A stretch of DNA of 64,000 nucleotides from Vezdaea acicularis (lineage: Eukaryota). Made by a program: the position numbers and the translations under genes. The stretch spans positions 124,001-188,000 of the forward strand of contig JAPEUI010000015.1 in assembly GCA_026025075.1 (NCBI GenBank), in the 5' to 3' direction. This document shows, piece after piece, positions 24,661-37,863 of the stretch (position 1 is the first letter of the stretch; every line of letters begins with the position of its first letter). The notes under the pieces were generated by a model. It was not told the DNA's origin. It saw only the letters and a list, made by a program, of their open reading frames with translations, and did no database searches.

Positions 24661-25097
24661 ATGAAGGTGACGATCAAGGAATGGAACGCCGTGGCGACCT
24701 GGCGGTGGGATATGCCCGAGGACGATGTCTGTGGCATCTGTCGCGTTCAATTCGATGGGACCTGTCCGAGCTGCAAGTACCCAGGGGATGACTGTTCTTT
24801 ACGTATGTATCCACCTGGACTACACCGTATGTCTGGAATATGTTTTGCTAACTCCACAATCTAGTCATCGGAAAATGCGGGCACTCGTTTCACATGGTAT
24901 GTGACCATACTACAAGGTCACTGTTAATTTACGTACTAAATATCCCTACACATAGCACTGTCTAGTCACCTGGATCAACCAAGATTCCTCAAAAGGTCTT
25001 TGTCCTATGTGCAGACAAAGTAAGTGAATCGTAGCCTTTCAAATTCTCCCTAGGGCTAATCAGGGTACCAGAGTTCGAGTGGAAGAACGGAGAGTGA
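24661..25097 (+). CDS. APC11: Anaphase-promoting complex RING-H2 subunit 11, 4 exons
   Basis: MKVTIKEWNAVATWRWD..EDDVCGICRVQFDGTCPSCKYPGDDC..|GKCGHSFHM|HCLVTWI...GLCPMCRQ. Confidence 0.95.
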
Positions 25098-25372
25098 GCC
25101 AAGGTTAGAGAGCTTGCCCGACAGTCTATAGTTGGATAGCATTTGCATGGAGTTTGTTTTCCTTTTGATGCATAGCAAAGGCTCAATGACAGATGTTTGG
25201 CTTTTCTCATTTGCGGTGGCGTCCCAGGCATCCACTTACCTTAAGAAAGCATCAAGTTTGCTCCAATGAAATCGACACTTTTCACCCAAAATGACTTTAA
25301 ACACTATGCACGTCTTCAGATCTACTCTCCTAATCTCCTGTCATCTTAAGGTGCCAGAAAATAATATATCAA

Positions 25373-26287
25373 ATGCTCTCAAGCCCCTCACGTGGCACTC
25401 ACGCGATGTTCTTCCACTTCGCGTCACTCTGGACTCGGCTTGTACGATCCTCGCCCTGCGAATGTCCACCCACGACGCCCACCTCGAACATGTCTCCTCC
25501 ACCCCTCAAGCCTCCAGAGCCGCCCATAATTACACGGCGGCCATCCCCTGGTGATCCCTCGACCCGTCCTCCAAAGAAGGGTCTCTTGCCCTCTCCTATC
25601 CCAGATAATGTCACCATCCCCGATACCAGCCATCCGGCCGCCGACGAGACCCCCGAACAACAAGAAACCGATACGGAGCAACCCCAAGCGGAAGCACCCA
25701 TCCAAGGACCACCTTTCTACCCCTTCTTCACGCTCATCGAGACCCCTCACTCGACACCTCACCACCCTACCGTGCACTACATATTCAGCGACGACACGAC
25801 GGACCTAATCTCCGAAGCCGCCGTACGGTCCCTGCCCCACCGACCCACCAGCTCCTCCTCCTCCCTGCACCAATCAAACACGCCATCGCACCCCTCCAAT
25901 TCTTCCCAAACGCCCTCGACGCTCCTCCCGCCTCCCCGCCGCGGCGTGAAAGAGCGCTACATCCTCCTCGACATATCGGCCTCCGGCGACGAGGTCGTTT
26001 CCGCGCGCAGCCTTTCCGAAGACTGGCAAGTCCTCGGTGTGGATGTAGGTCCGGCGCCAGCGTGGGAGGGCGAGGAAGATGGGAATCGTGGTTTGATGGT
26101 CAGGATTGAAGGCGTGGAGAGCGCGGCGGGGAAGGAGGTTGAGGGGACGGAGAAGCTGGAGGAGTTGGCGGCGCTGTTTGAGCGGCGGATGGGGGAGTTG
26201 AGAAGGGTGGTTGAGGAGGGGAGGTTGGGGGGGTTTGAGATGGGTGGGGAGAAAGTGGATGAGGTCGTCGCTGAGGCGGCTGCATAG
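25373..26287 (+). CDS. Fungal hypothetical protein (true start possibly 25490)
   Basis: 304-aa ORF; PFFTLIE...HHPTVHYIFSDD, ERYILLD, SARSLSEDWQV, FERRMGELRRVV. Confidence 0.75.
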   Translation: MLSSPSRGTHAMFFHFASLWTRLVRSSPCECPPTTPTSNMSPPPLKPPEPPIITRRPSPGDPSTRPPKKGLLPSPIPDNVTIPDTSHPAADETPEQQETDTEQPQAEAPIQGPPFYPFFTLIETPHSTPHHPTVHYIFSDDTTDLISEAAVRSLPHRPTSSSSSLHQSNTPSHPSNSSQTPSTLLPPPRRGVKERYILLDISASGDEVVSARSLSEDWQVLGVDVGPAPAWEGEEDGNRGLMVRIEGVESAAGKEVEGTEKLEELAALFERRMGELRRVVEEGRLGGFEMGGEKVDEVVAEAAA

Positions 26288-26530
26288 GTTGATCGATATT
26301 TGGAAGTACAGCTCTGCATATATTGGGCGTTGTGATTTAATTTACGGTGGCGGGAGTTCATCGAGCATTTCGGAGCGCGGGCAGGGCGGTTAACTGAACG
26401 TGGAATATGACAACTAGTCTCATGTTTATGGATCCCCTAAGAATAACACTGGTATACCAAGCCACCATCGCCAAAAACCACCCCCAGCAAGAAAAGTACT
26501 CTACAAGCGCTATATGAAAGTGTATGGACA

Positions 26531-29500
26531 TCACTCCTGCATCACCTGCGGGGGGCTACTCCTTAATCTCCTCCCCGTACTTCCCCTGAAAAGCGGAATG
26601 CTATTCTCTCTTCCCTCCAGTTTCACTAAGACCGACTTTCCGGCCGACTTTGGCCTCTTTCCATCTCCTGAAGTATTCTGCCTCTTCAACGGTGGAGGGT
26701 TCTCGATATTGAAGACGACTACGTCGGAGGTTGCTTTTCTGGGGCTGGCACCATTGATATTGGCGTCCATCTCCCTTAATCCACTCGGAGCAGGTTTTTC
26801 CATCACGCCAGGTTCAATGTGCTCGATCATTGCGACGGAGTCGTCTACATCGTTGAAGACGGCGTGAGTGGCCCTGCTCGGTGACGATTGCGGCGCACTT
26901 GAGACGGAGGACCCAGCAGGCCGCCGTAGCCCGGAAAGAAGGCTGTCGTGTGGTTCCGTCCGCGGAAGAACAGTTGGGTATTGGTACTGGACCTTGGCTG
27001 GGGTTTCGCCTGTGGGTGCGTACTCCTTAAGTGGCATGGATACTACCCGTGAGCGAAGGTCAATCAGAGGTTGGACGACTTCGTCGTCAAGTGTCGGTAG
27101 GGTGGATTGGAGAGCTGTCGTTTGAGAAATTACATCAGACTCAACGGTACCAATGCGCTGGTAGGACATCTTAAAGTGGCTACCGATATCATCGTAGGAC
27201 TGTCGAACAGTCGAGGCAAGGCCGTGAAGTGAAGTGGAGTGGGTGTCGTGGTGTGCTCCGTTTTGGGAACGAGCGCGTGTTACGAAAGCGTCGAGTGCTT
27301 GCATCTGCTTACTCATGTCTTTCATTTGCTCCTCGACTATCCGTACTGTTTCCGCATGGACGGACTTTGTAGTGGTCTGGATTGAGGTGTTGTGCTCGTT
27401 GGCATCCTAGAGCGCAATGTTAGATATGTCGTTGATGGCTGAAAGAAGGGAGGGGCGGGGATAATTATTACCATCCAGTCTTTCTTTAGTTTCGCCTTGA
27501 TAGCCTCTCGTTGTTTGAGAACTTCATCTATAAGCGAAACCTCTTTACTGTTCCACGCTGTCATGCCTTCTCCATATCTGCCTTCCGCCGATTGATAGTT
27601 GGCTTTCGTGGCATTGATATCTGCCTGTACCAGTTTGATCTTGCTGTTCAGCCGTTCCTCCTGTTCTTGTCCTGAGCTATTGATCAAGGAGCTTATCTGC
27701 GTAAGGAGATTTTGCCTGTCCGACGCAGCTTGTAGCCTCTCTTCCTTCAGCACTTCGTTCAGTCGTTCATTCGCATGGTCGTTGGCCTGCATAGCTGAAG
27801 CTCCAGCTACATGGAGCTGCTGCCGGAGTTCATTCGCCTCGGTCTTTTGGGAATTAAGGTGCTTCACGAGGTCCTCGAAGATGTTCTTGAAATCTCGACC
27901 GAGCGAGCTGTACGAAGTATGGACTTGTGAATGGAACCCCTGAAGCTCGCTAATCACTTCAGCAGAGATGCGCGCCGCAGTCGCAGAGAGCCCATTCAGC
28001 CCTTCACCAACTCTGGCCTTTACCTCTTCGCGGAGAGTTTTGATTTCCTCCAAGATTTCATTCATCTCGTCCTTTGCCAGAGAGGATTGCTGAGAGACTG
28101 CTCGCTCTGATGCTTCAAACGCTTCTACTTTCGAGCTCAACAAATTCTGACATGCCTCGAGCTTTTCCAACTCTTCTTCCGCAAAGGCTTGCATACGACC
28201 GGAGATCTTTTGCATCATTCGTTCTTGCTCACCGCGAAAGTCCTTTACTCGTATCTCGACTAGCCGTGTCACATCAGACACTTGCGCTTGTGATGCCTTC
28301 CAATTGCTGCGGTTCAAAGATTGCAGATCGGAACGCCTTCGAAGCTTTGAATGAAGGCCGCCCACGTCGGTGACAGTATGTCCTAGGGTCGAGAGGAGCT
28401 CACCACCGACATTTACGAGCTCTTCCTCCGTTTGTTGGTGTGCTTTTCGAAGGAGCGTCTCTTCCGCAAGATTCCTCTTCGTATTAGCTAGCACGAACTC
28501 GGTCTGCCCTAAAATCCCCTCCGTCTTATCTAGTGTAGCTTTTGCGCTTTCAAAATTCTTCTTCTGGATTTGAAAATTCTGAGTTAGAGAAAAGAGTTCT
28601 TGGACTTTGTTTCGGAGGTTGGCTTCCATAGTTTCGATTTTCGCCTTTTGCTCCTCGCTCAGGATGCGCCTCGACTCACTCTCCACCGTGATCTCTTCAT
28701 AAGCATCCGCAGAGAGATAGACGCCGTTTCTCTGGCGGGTAGCTACCAGTTCGGACTTTAACTTCTCGATCTCTTGAGTGAATTCTCGTAAGAGGGTGTT
28801 CTTCGAAATCATCTGGTTTACTTGAGGCTTGTTTCTAATGTTTTTTGCCCTAAATGCATAGTCAAGGGTCGATATTGTTTCCTCCAAATTACTTTTAGCT
28901 GGAGATACCGTTGCGATGATGCATGTCTTCGTACGTCCGCCGAGAGAGTCTTGAAGGAGGCGAGTGAGTTTCGATTCCCGATATGGAATATGCGAGCTTC
29001 TGTCGACGAGTGCATTTATAACTCTTCCAAGGGTCAGTAGGCTTTTGTTAATGAGACCCGCTTCTGCAGCCCGTTTGTTCTCTGCACCACTCCGTTGGAT
29101 GTTTTCACTGCCTGCTAGGTCAACCAGGTTCAGCTTCCCAGCGCTTACGAAATCCTCAGACCCATCCACTGTTCTCTTGATGTATGCAGTGACCGTAAAC
29201 ACAGTATGGCTTCTGCTACTCAAGTCGTTACATTTTGTGGCAGCCACTTGGCGCTTAAAGCTTCCCGCCTGCAGAAGTTTTATGCCATCCACGGCATCTT
29301 TGATGTGCGACTCCTCCATGCCCTGTACGAGGGTTGCGGTGTGACCTTTTCGGCTTGTATCCTCATAGATTTTGAGTTTAGTGTTTTCTTCGGTCGAAAC
29401 TAGGTCTCGGAGCTCCTCGTTGTATAACTCAATGAACGAGCATTTGACAGAGCTCTCCACACCGTCCGCTTCGAGCTTGTTGAAAAGCGAATGAAGAACT

Positions 29501-30161
29501 CGTGGGATGATACCAGCAGAGTCAGATATGAGGCCGAGTGTGTCCGACATGTCTCCAGACATTGTATAGGTTTTTCCTGTGCCTGTTTGACCATAGGCAA
29601 ATATCGTACAATTGTAGCCCGATAGCATCTATATTCAGAATTTCAGTCTAATCTCACCCTCCTGCGGCGCATGGAACTAACCTCATCCAAAATAGGTGTG
29701 ACCACCTCGTCATAGATCATGGCTTGGTCAGCAGCGGGTGAAAATACTTTATCAAAACGGTATGTCTTATTGCTCAGAGCACTTGGCCCCATTGAAAGTT
29801 CCACGGCCTTTCCCCTCGTTCCGTCTGTGGAGAGAACGACTCCACTATTCTCGCGCACTTCCCGCTCATTACGTCCTCTACATCGGACCACAACATTGAT
29901 GTTTGTTTCTTCCCCTCCATCTTGCTCATAGTCTCGCTGCTTGCGCTTAGTCCCAGCATTCGTTACTCCCGGCGACTTTGCTCGTGAAGCCGCGGTGACG
30001 GCTGATGATTCTGAATTGGCAGGAGATGCTGCGCCCGAATGAGGTCCTCTATGACCCAATGCAGTTGCGGATCGTGAGTGCGATGGTCTTGTAGTCGTTG
30101 GAGGTCGCATGGATGTTTTTTTGCTGGGTATAGCGGATGCTGGCCTAGGGAGGCCGGCCAT
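26531..30161 (-). CDS. bimC: Kinesin-5 (BimC/Eg5) mitotic motor, 3 exons
   Basis: NINVVVRCR, GYNCTIFAYGQTGTGKT, SSRSH, LVDLAGSE, HIPYRESKLTRLLQDSLGG; coiled-coil stalk; BimC box PTGETP. Confidence 0.96.
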
Positions 30162-30633
30162 CGGAAAGAGTAATATTTAGACCGCTAGAGGAGTGAAAAT
30201 CGGAAAGCGCAGAGTCTCATACAAATATGAGGGTCGCGATGGGAATAGATACAAGAACTAGTGTATGTACGAAAGCGCGGGTCACACCAAGATTTCGATG
30301 TAAATTGTGATTGGTTAAGCGCTTCGGGGGTGTCAACAAACAGCTCGGTCTCGCCAGTCCAGCCATTCACGCACTCTTTCGGGACGCCGTGCGCGAGGCC
30401 AACAAAGGAAAGGCGCATTCACCCACACCCCGCTGGCGTCATGCGTTCCGCTTCGAGCAGAGAGCTTCCATGCAGCTGCATTGGAGCTGCTCGAAAGCTT
30501 CCTACAAGCCTAAAAGAACTCGAAAGCCTTCGGCGATTACCCAAGACCTCGGAGCAGGCAACTCTCCATACACACTCCTTGAAGTAGAACCTGGAACTTT
30601 TCAATAAGCTTCCTGATCTGCTGTCCAACTGAG

Positions 30634-32366
30634 ATGTCTCTAGCAGGAACTGGAGCTTCATCGACGTCGCCAGCACAAGTAGTTCCCGGAAAGGCTTTAG
30701 GGATTTTTGGTAAGTTGATCCTCAAGCTTCATTACATGGGACTCTACTCGTCAACGCCGGGAAAGTGGCGAGGACATTGGTTGACTAAGCCCTTGCTGTA
30801 TTTCCCTATATTCGAACCAAGATCCTGATTATATTAGCTCTAGGAAGTTCCCTTCATGGCATATTAAGCAAATTAAAGTCTCGCCCTCAAGTATATCCCA
30901 CAATCAATCTCTCTTATTCGGAGACGCGCCCGATCATATATCCTGTCACTATAAGTCTACCTGCAAATGGCATCCGTCTTACCTTCGATGGACCGAACCA
31001 ACGATTACGATTGATCGAAGTGCTTGATTTCAGAAAAATATCGCTGACCTACAACGGAATAGAGGTCGCTAGGAGTCCCTCTTTGGTTTCTAGCTTATCA
31101 TCTTCGGTACTTAGATCTCCATTCGGGCCAAGCTTCAGACACGTTTATAAGCTTTTCGGCCTTGCCTATCCAGGGGAATATATCAAGCCTGGTGCAGCTG
31201 AAAACAGCGATCAGGGAACATATGTACTTTCTTATCCGGGTGTATCTTTCCTTTTTCCTCTCGAAGATTCATCATGGTCACCCAAGATCGATTTTGTGAG
31301 CCTCCTCTCGTCTACAGCTGCATCTTCTGCGTCTACAATGGCAATCTACAGTGGCACATCGTGGAAAGTGGCTCGCTCAAAGCTATACGAGCCATCTTTC
31401 CCGCGACCTGGTTCACCAAATGGGCCTGTTACGTCAGGAGACACAAATGCCGACGAAATTGACCTCGTGAGAATTCACCCTTGCGGCTCCCTGGAGCTGG
31501 TCCGCCGAACAAGGGCCCCCTTCTGGATTAATCTAAATAAGACCACGCCTCAGGACCTAGTCGCCGAGCTTGGCCCGCCAGATAGCATCTATCGCAAAAA
31601 GGACCGTCGCATTAGCATCCACCGCCTTCGCAGTGGTGGAGCGCGTCGTGATACCCGCAATGTTGGCATTCGCGACAAGTTTGACGATATCACGGATACC
31701 GATCAGTCGTCAGCGCAGAATACTACTGATGAGTCTGATAATGAGGACCCTAATAGTCATGAGAAACGGTCAAACACCACTTCCGAATATTTTTATAACT
31801 ACTTTCGATATGGATTTGATCTTCTCGTATCATTTCCAGCAGCTCTACCTGACCGGAGTTCTGGCCGGGAAAGGAACCTTGAATATAATTTGCCAGGGAT
31901 GAATCACCATGCTCTTTTGGGCTCTACCAGCAGCCTTACAGTTACTAAAGCCTTCTTGCATGGCAATGTTCCTGGCTCATATCCGTTCAACCGACACCGT
32001 CGCATTCGTTGGCTTCTTGACGTTCACTACTTACCAGATATAGACCTATCTGTAGACTCCGAGATGATATTCGATAAGATCAGTCCTCCATTACAAAGAT
32101 TATGGAAAGACGATAGCCGATCTGAGGAGGAAAAAGTGCAGACTCAACGAGGCATGGTGTTGAATCGGGGTTGGGGAGATAGTCCTGGAAGTAGTTGCGA
32201 GCTTTTAGGAGGGTGGGAAGAGTCGAGCAGCGGTAAACGCAAAGATGAGCTCGGCCTCACGGCTGATGGCGAACAAGGATTGGGCAATACCCAGATATTC
32301 GGGTTTCCAGGGATGATATTTGAGGTTTTGAAGAATGGTGCTGTTAGCTGCCTAACAATATTTTGA
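30634..32366 (+). CDS. PHAF1: PHAF1/UPF0183 (C16orf70-like) protein, 2 exons
   Basis: PGKALGIF|ALGSSLH...NGIRLTFDGPNQRLRLIEVLDF; TPQDLVAELGPP; YFYNYFRYGFD; LHGNVPGSYPFNRHRR. Confidence 0.85.
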
Positions 32367-32918
32367 TCCTCCAGTCTTGCACCTAATGCATTACTAGGCA
32401 GTCGGGCCGCTGTGAGCATTAAATCGATTTGTGGAGGCCGCTGGCAATAGGGCTGATCACGAAAGGAATGAAAGATCCTTAGTATTTATGTAAATCTTCA
32501 AAAAAAAATGGCATAAAAATCACCATCACAGTCACTCTAAGGTGACAAAAAAGCTCACTCAGAATTAAATCCATTCCATTCTTCTACAGTCAACAGCTTC
32601 GCGATTTTTAGAATTTATACCAATTCATTGCAGTCCGCTTTTCGACGAACAGCTAAATTTGACGACTGACAACGTCCCCGCTGTTCTTCTTGGCGAACAT
32701 TTCTTTCGTCAAGTAAATACACATCGCCAGAGCTTGCTTCGCTACATAAAAGGTGAAGATTCTGAAAACATAAAGCTCGTATATCTACTTGACCGTGAAG
32801 TGAAAATTCCTGTTGTCTCTCCTTGGTAGAGCATCTGGGGAACAGCACAGTCCAAGCATCCACGCCACCAGTGCTCGAAGACATAAACCCTCCCACAGAA
32901 ACCCCCACCATCCCAGAA

Positions 32919-33551
32919 ATGCCCGACTCACCAACTCCCGAGCAGCGCGAGGCCGCGGACAAGGCACAGAAGGAGCGCGAAGACGCCGAGCAGGCCACCC
33001 TACCTTATAAATGGACGCAAACCATTCAGGACCTTGACATAACCGTCCCTGTGGCCGCCACGATCAAGGGCCGTGACCTCGAAGTCAAGATAACCAGAAC
33101 GACCATCTTGGTGAAGATCAAGGGGCAGGAACCCATCATAGACGTGAGTAACCCCCTTCACCGGTTCAACTAGATCTTCGCATTGAACTTGTACTCCAAA
33201 CAGGGCACCTTCCCCTACGCCATCCTCCCCTCCGAAACAACCTGGACGCTCGAGACCACGCCCTCTGGGAAAGAAATCGCGATCCACCTAGACAAATCGA
33301 ACAAGATCACCTGGTGGCCGCACGTGATTACCAGCGCGCCCAAAATCGACGTGACGAAGATCCAGCCCGAGAACAGCAAACTGAGCGATCTGGACGGCGA
33401 GACGAGGGGTATGGTCGAGAAGATGATGTATGATCAGCGCCAGAAGGAGATGGGCAAGCCGACGAGCGAGGAGGAGAAGAAGTTGGATTTGCTGAAGAAG
33501 TTTCAGGCACAGCATCCCGAGATGGACTTTTCGAAGGCGAAAATGGGGTGA
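32919..33551 (+). CDS. nudC: Nuclear movement protein NudC, 2 exons
   Basis: [14 protein letters not shown]...[46 protein letters not shown]. Confidence 0.95.
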
Positions 33552-33854
33552 GGGATTAGGAAAGGGAGAAGGGGTTGGTCAGAGAAGGGTGAAAGGAGAT
33601 AGGGACGGAGGGGGGGAAAGGCTTCTTTGTCTGCATAGCGCTGGACGGATGGGTTCATGAGTCTACGACGCATCAAGTTCTTATGAGGAACATGTGTACT
33701 CGAGTGGAAGTGTGGAAGGGTATCATTTTCTAAATGCTCCGCCATGCCACACCGTGCTATGCCATGCTATGCTATGAAAACAGCATTGTACACTGTAAAA
33801 TACAATATTGGTACATACGCATCTTCCAGTGAAGGACTACTCCGAGCTGATATC

Positions 33855-36321
33855 TCACTCTAGCAAATGATATGTCTCAGCGACCTTCCCACTAATAGGC
33901 CCAGGGCTCTTCACAAGCAGATCTTCACCCTTCGCATTCTTCGGGAACGCTATGACATCTCTGATAGTGTCCTTTGCCAGCAGAAGGGCCACGAATCTAT
34001 CCAGTCCAAGCGCAAACCCGGCATGTGGCGGACACCCCGCCCGTAGCGCGTTCAGTAGATGGTCGAACTGCCTGATCTTCTCCTCCGGCATTTTCAGGAT
34101 ATGCCGAAACACATATTCCTGAACCTTCGCATCGTGGATACGTCTGCTACCCCCTCCGAGCTCTACGCCGTTACAGACTAGGTCGTAATGGTCGGCCTTC
34201 GCTCTCAGTGGGCTCCTCAACATCCGCTCGAAGTGCTTTGGGTTTTGCGGCGCGGTGAAGGGGTGGTGGTTTGCCGCGATCCCTGCAAGGCCTCCTTGAC
34301 CGGGCTCCAGTTCCGAACTTTGCTTGAACATGGGAAAGTTCCTAATCCAGATGAGTTGGTACCCTTGCCTCTTTGGCGCGAGCCCGGCATCTTCAGCGGC
34401 TTTGTACAGAGCTAGTCGCAAATCACCAATAGGGCGTGAACCGGCGGTTCCGGTCTCGGTCCAAGGTAGGCCGGCTTGGACTATAAGGAGGTCGCCTTGT
34501 CTTAGCTGCATGCTGTGCGACTTGAACCATCGCTCTGCAGATGCTTCGCCGAATGCTGAAAACCCCTTTATCGGAAGGCTGTGATCGACTACGAAGAGAC
34601 CTGGAGGTCCGCAAGGGTTTTTGGATAGTTCGGTGTTGTGCTTGTCCATGAAGTCTCTTACGAATTGCCTTGTTTCGCGTGGGCTATCTGACACTTTGAG
34701 TTTCATACATTCGTAGATTATATCCTCTTCACCAATTGGAAAGCCATTTGGTGGCCGGAGCATGCTTCTGAGTTTCTTAGGGACCAGCTCATCGCAAGGA
34801 CTGATCTATTATTGGAATCAGCTAGTTTGGTACCAGCAGGCTTGATTGGATTCCTCACATTCATGTCAAAACGTAGATCGGGCTTATCAGATCCATAACG
34901 AGCCATAGCTGCTTCGTAAGTGATAGCTGGGTTCATCTCGAACTGGAGCGAAAGTGCCTTGAAAACTTTCTTCATGAGGGCCGTAACAAAAAATTGCACG
35001 TCAATACCGCTTGCAAACGACATTTCTAGATCCAACTGTATATTCATTAGCATCAGTATTCGAGATACGGATGCGAAATCTCACTTGAGTAAACTCCGGC
35101 TGCCGGTCTGCCCGGTTATCCTCGTCCCGAAAACATTTCGCAAATTGGAAATATTTCGGTATCCCACTTGCCATAAGAAGCTGTTTGTACTGCTGCGGGC
35201 TTTGAGGGAGTGCATAAGCAAGACCTTTTTCCCGCGAAGGTACTATGAATTCTCGGGCACCCTCAGGGGTTGACTTGAACAAGAGTGGTGTCTCTACTTC
35301 GACGAAATTGTATTTCTGTAAGATGTTCCTCAATTGGCGGGTAACAATGGATCTGTATTTAAGAGCCATCCGACGATCGAAGTTCGTGCGGAGCTGCAGG
35401 TGACGGTCTTTCGCTTCAAAGCTAGAAAGCTTCATTTTTGCAAGTTCTGGGGGCCACTGTGCAAGACGCTGAACGCTTTTGAGAACGATCTCATTAGCTG
35501 ACAGCGTATTGGGCCCAGTGTTCTTCTTATTTGAGTTGAATGGCTTATGCTTATTCTCTCGGTACGGGGACTTGTCCTTATCTAGTGACTGCGACTTCTT
35601 CTCTAAGGTCGGGGTTGTAGGGGTACGTTCTTTTGATAATGTCTTGTCATCATCCAGCGATGCCAAGTCATCTTCGTCCAGCTCTGGTAACTGATTCTCC
35701 TTCCACTCTTCCTCGGCATCCCTTACACCCTTTTGATCCTTCTTGCGCTGCAGTATCCCCTCAATGACAACTGGACTGTTCTCTTCAGTCCTTTTTAGCT
35801 CCTTATGAGCTTCGCTAGACTCTGTATCGCCCTCACTTGCTTTCGAGAGGACCTGGATGCTACGAAACAGATCCTTGCTGTGTAACACGGCAAAGGAAAG
35901 ATTCTTAGCCATGTCAACACGTTTTCCCAGATAGCCATGGACTATTATGCGTTTTTTGTAGTGCTGAGGGTCCCATAATTCCTCCACTGAGTGTGTTGCA
36001 TCCTTGAATGCGACTTGGTCGGTTAGCTGAGGCTCCAGCACGATGTGAGAGCCACTAACATGAGTTCTTGTATGATTCTATGGTCTTTTCATCTAGTGCC
36101 GCTTCTTTTGCACTGAAACCGGGCGCGAGGGATGCTATCTCCGGATCCAGCGGAGGGTCCTCTTCCTCATCCTTGAAAGTATGCGCAAAGCGACGTTGAT
36201 GTACAAGGCGTGCCCGTCTACATGAACATGCACCGGCATTGGGCCGCGCGGGTCGGAGGAGCGAAAGACATTTGCTATTCAGATGCTTTGCAGTGCCCCC
36301 AGCCTTCAAGAAAGTCTGCAT
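33855..36321 (-). CDS. MSD1: Mitochondrial aspartyl-tRNA synthetase, 4 exons
   Basis: Basic presequence; [80 protein letters not shown]. Confidence 0.95.
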
Positions 36322-37159
36322 TCTCGAGGAATGCAATTATTCTGCATACATCGGTATCTGTACTTAGTCAAATAAAAAGTCGCGAGCAATTATATCCGCA
36401 GCTGGCCGGCAAATGCCGTTCGCCAAGGTTGCAGAACGATATTTCGGAGTGGGCGAGCTCCCAATTCTTTTTCTCTTCTTCATCCTTCCAAGTTTATACA
36501 AGTAAGAAACTATCTACAATCGCGGCGTACTCTTGTTCGTTTGACTAACAATTATATCTCAGATGATGAAAGCCTAGCGTGTATACTATGACAGTGATCC
36601 TGCTGCCCTGCTCCTGAGCTCTCTCTTCACCGAGCTTAAGCGGCTTTGGAGTGGTGCGTAGTTGGGAGAGTGAAATCGGCGTTCGGCACACCCATCTTGT
36701 TACAATGAACGGACGCGATGAAGGCATCTCTGATCAATAACTTGAAGGTGTCTTATATACGGCATATACCGGAAAGGAGTAGGGTATTTAGCAAGGGTGT
36801 GGAAAATAGAGCCTCAATTGACTCGTCATTCAACACTCAAACTCTCCAGTCCTAAGCAGATCTTAATTTTCAAGTTTCACAAAGCGATCTGTAAAAGTTG
36901 AATTATTATTCCATTTAATAGAGTGTTCTATTCGCCAGTGCAGCTGGAGGTGGTCTGCGAGTTAACGACGCTCTCCATATAGTCCGGCGATACATCGAAC
37001 TATTTCTACATCCAGCGGTTTCAGTATCAAGATCCTGCATACCGCAAGGAAAAGGGTATCAAGGTCCAAACCATCGTTGGAACATTCGTTAAAAAGTCCA
37101 GGCCGAACACCTCGCTCGAGAACACCATGACATCTACCCATGATCTAGGAAACAGCAGG

Positions 37160-37839
37160 TTACGCAGTCGCATCTTTGTATGCCGGAGGATGCGCATGCA
37201 CGCCCTCCGCTGGGACAGACTCGTTGTGTCTCATACTCGGGACTAATCTCCTCTTCATCTCGACCTGCTGGAGCCGAACCTTCAGATCCGACAAGACCTC
37301 CGAGTCCTTGCCAACTTGCTCCATGACGTGCCTGATCTCCTTCTCCTCGTCGTCCAGCAGCCTCCATCGGACGAGCTCTTCCTCCCACATGAAGAGCAGG
37401 CCAACTAGCTTGCGCTGGCGATGCACGTCAATAAAGGCTACCTGATTGGCGAAATGTTTCGTGATTGCTGCTGTGTTAAGTGTAGCATCGTCTTCGGTCA
37501 GAACGCCATTTTTATGTAGCGCCTTGAAAATGCGCGGAGAGTAGGTTTTTTGCTCTTGATCGCCTATGTATTAGATACCACATTAAATTCCTCAGGTAAA
37601 CAAAAGAGTGATAAGTGCTATAGGATGAAGTGTTTCGTACCAATGACTCCGCCATAGTAGAAACTCATCGGCCCCAATGCTCTGGGATTAGGCTGGTCCA
37701 ACTGGTATCGGAAGACGGAGTCGGCGGCCTCGGGAGATAGGTCGACGTCGTTGCTCGAGTTGTAGGCGAAGTTGGGGAAGGCGTTTGTCACGAGGCGCAT
37801 CCAACTGAAGCCTGTTGACCCATCATTTCTTTTGTACAT
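37160..37839 (-). CDS. Hypothetical protein, 2 exons (~200 aa)
   Basis: Exon 1 ...YYGGVI joins through a GTACGA..CTAAT..TAG intron in frame to GDQEQKTYSPRIF...HRQRKLVGLLFMWEEEL...PPAY. Confidence 0.7.
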
Positions 37840-37840
37840 C

Positions 37841-37863
37841 TTGAGACTTTGAGACTTTGAGAC
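37841..37863. repeat. Tandem 8-mer (TTGAGACT)x3 immediately upstream of the 37839 start codon
   Basis: ttgagact ttgagact ttgagac. Confidence 0.7.
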
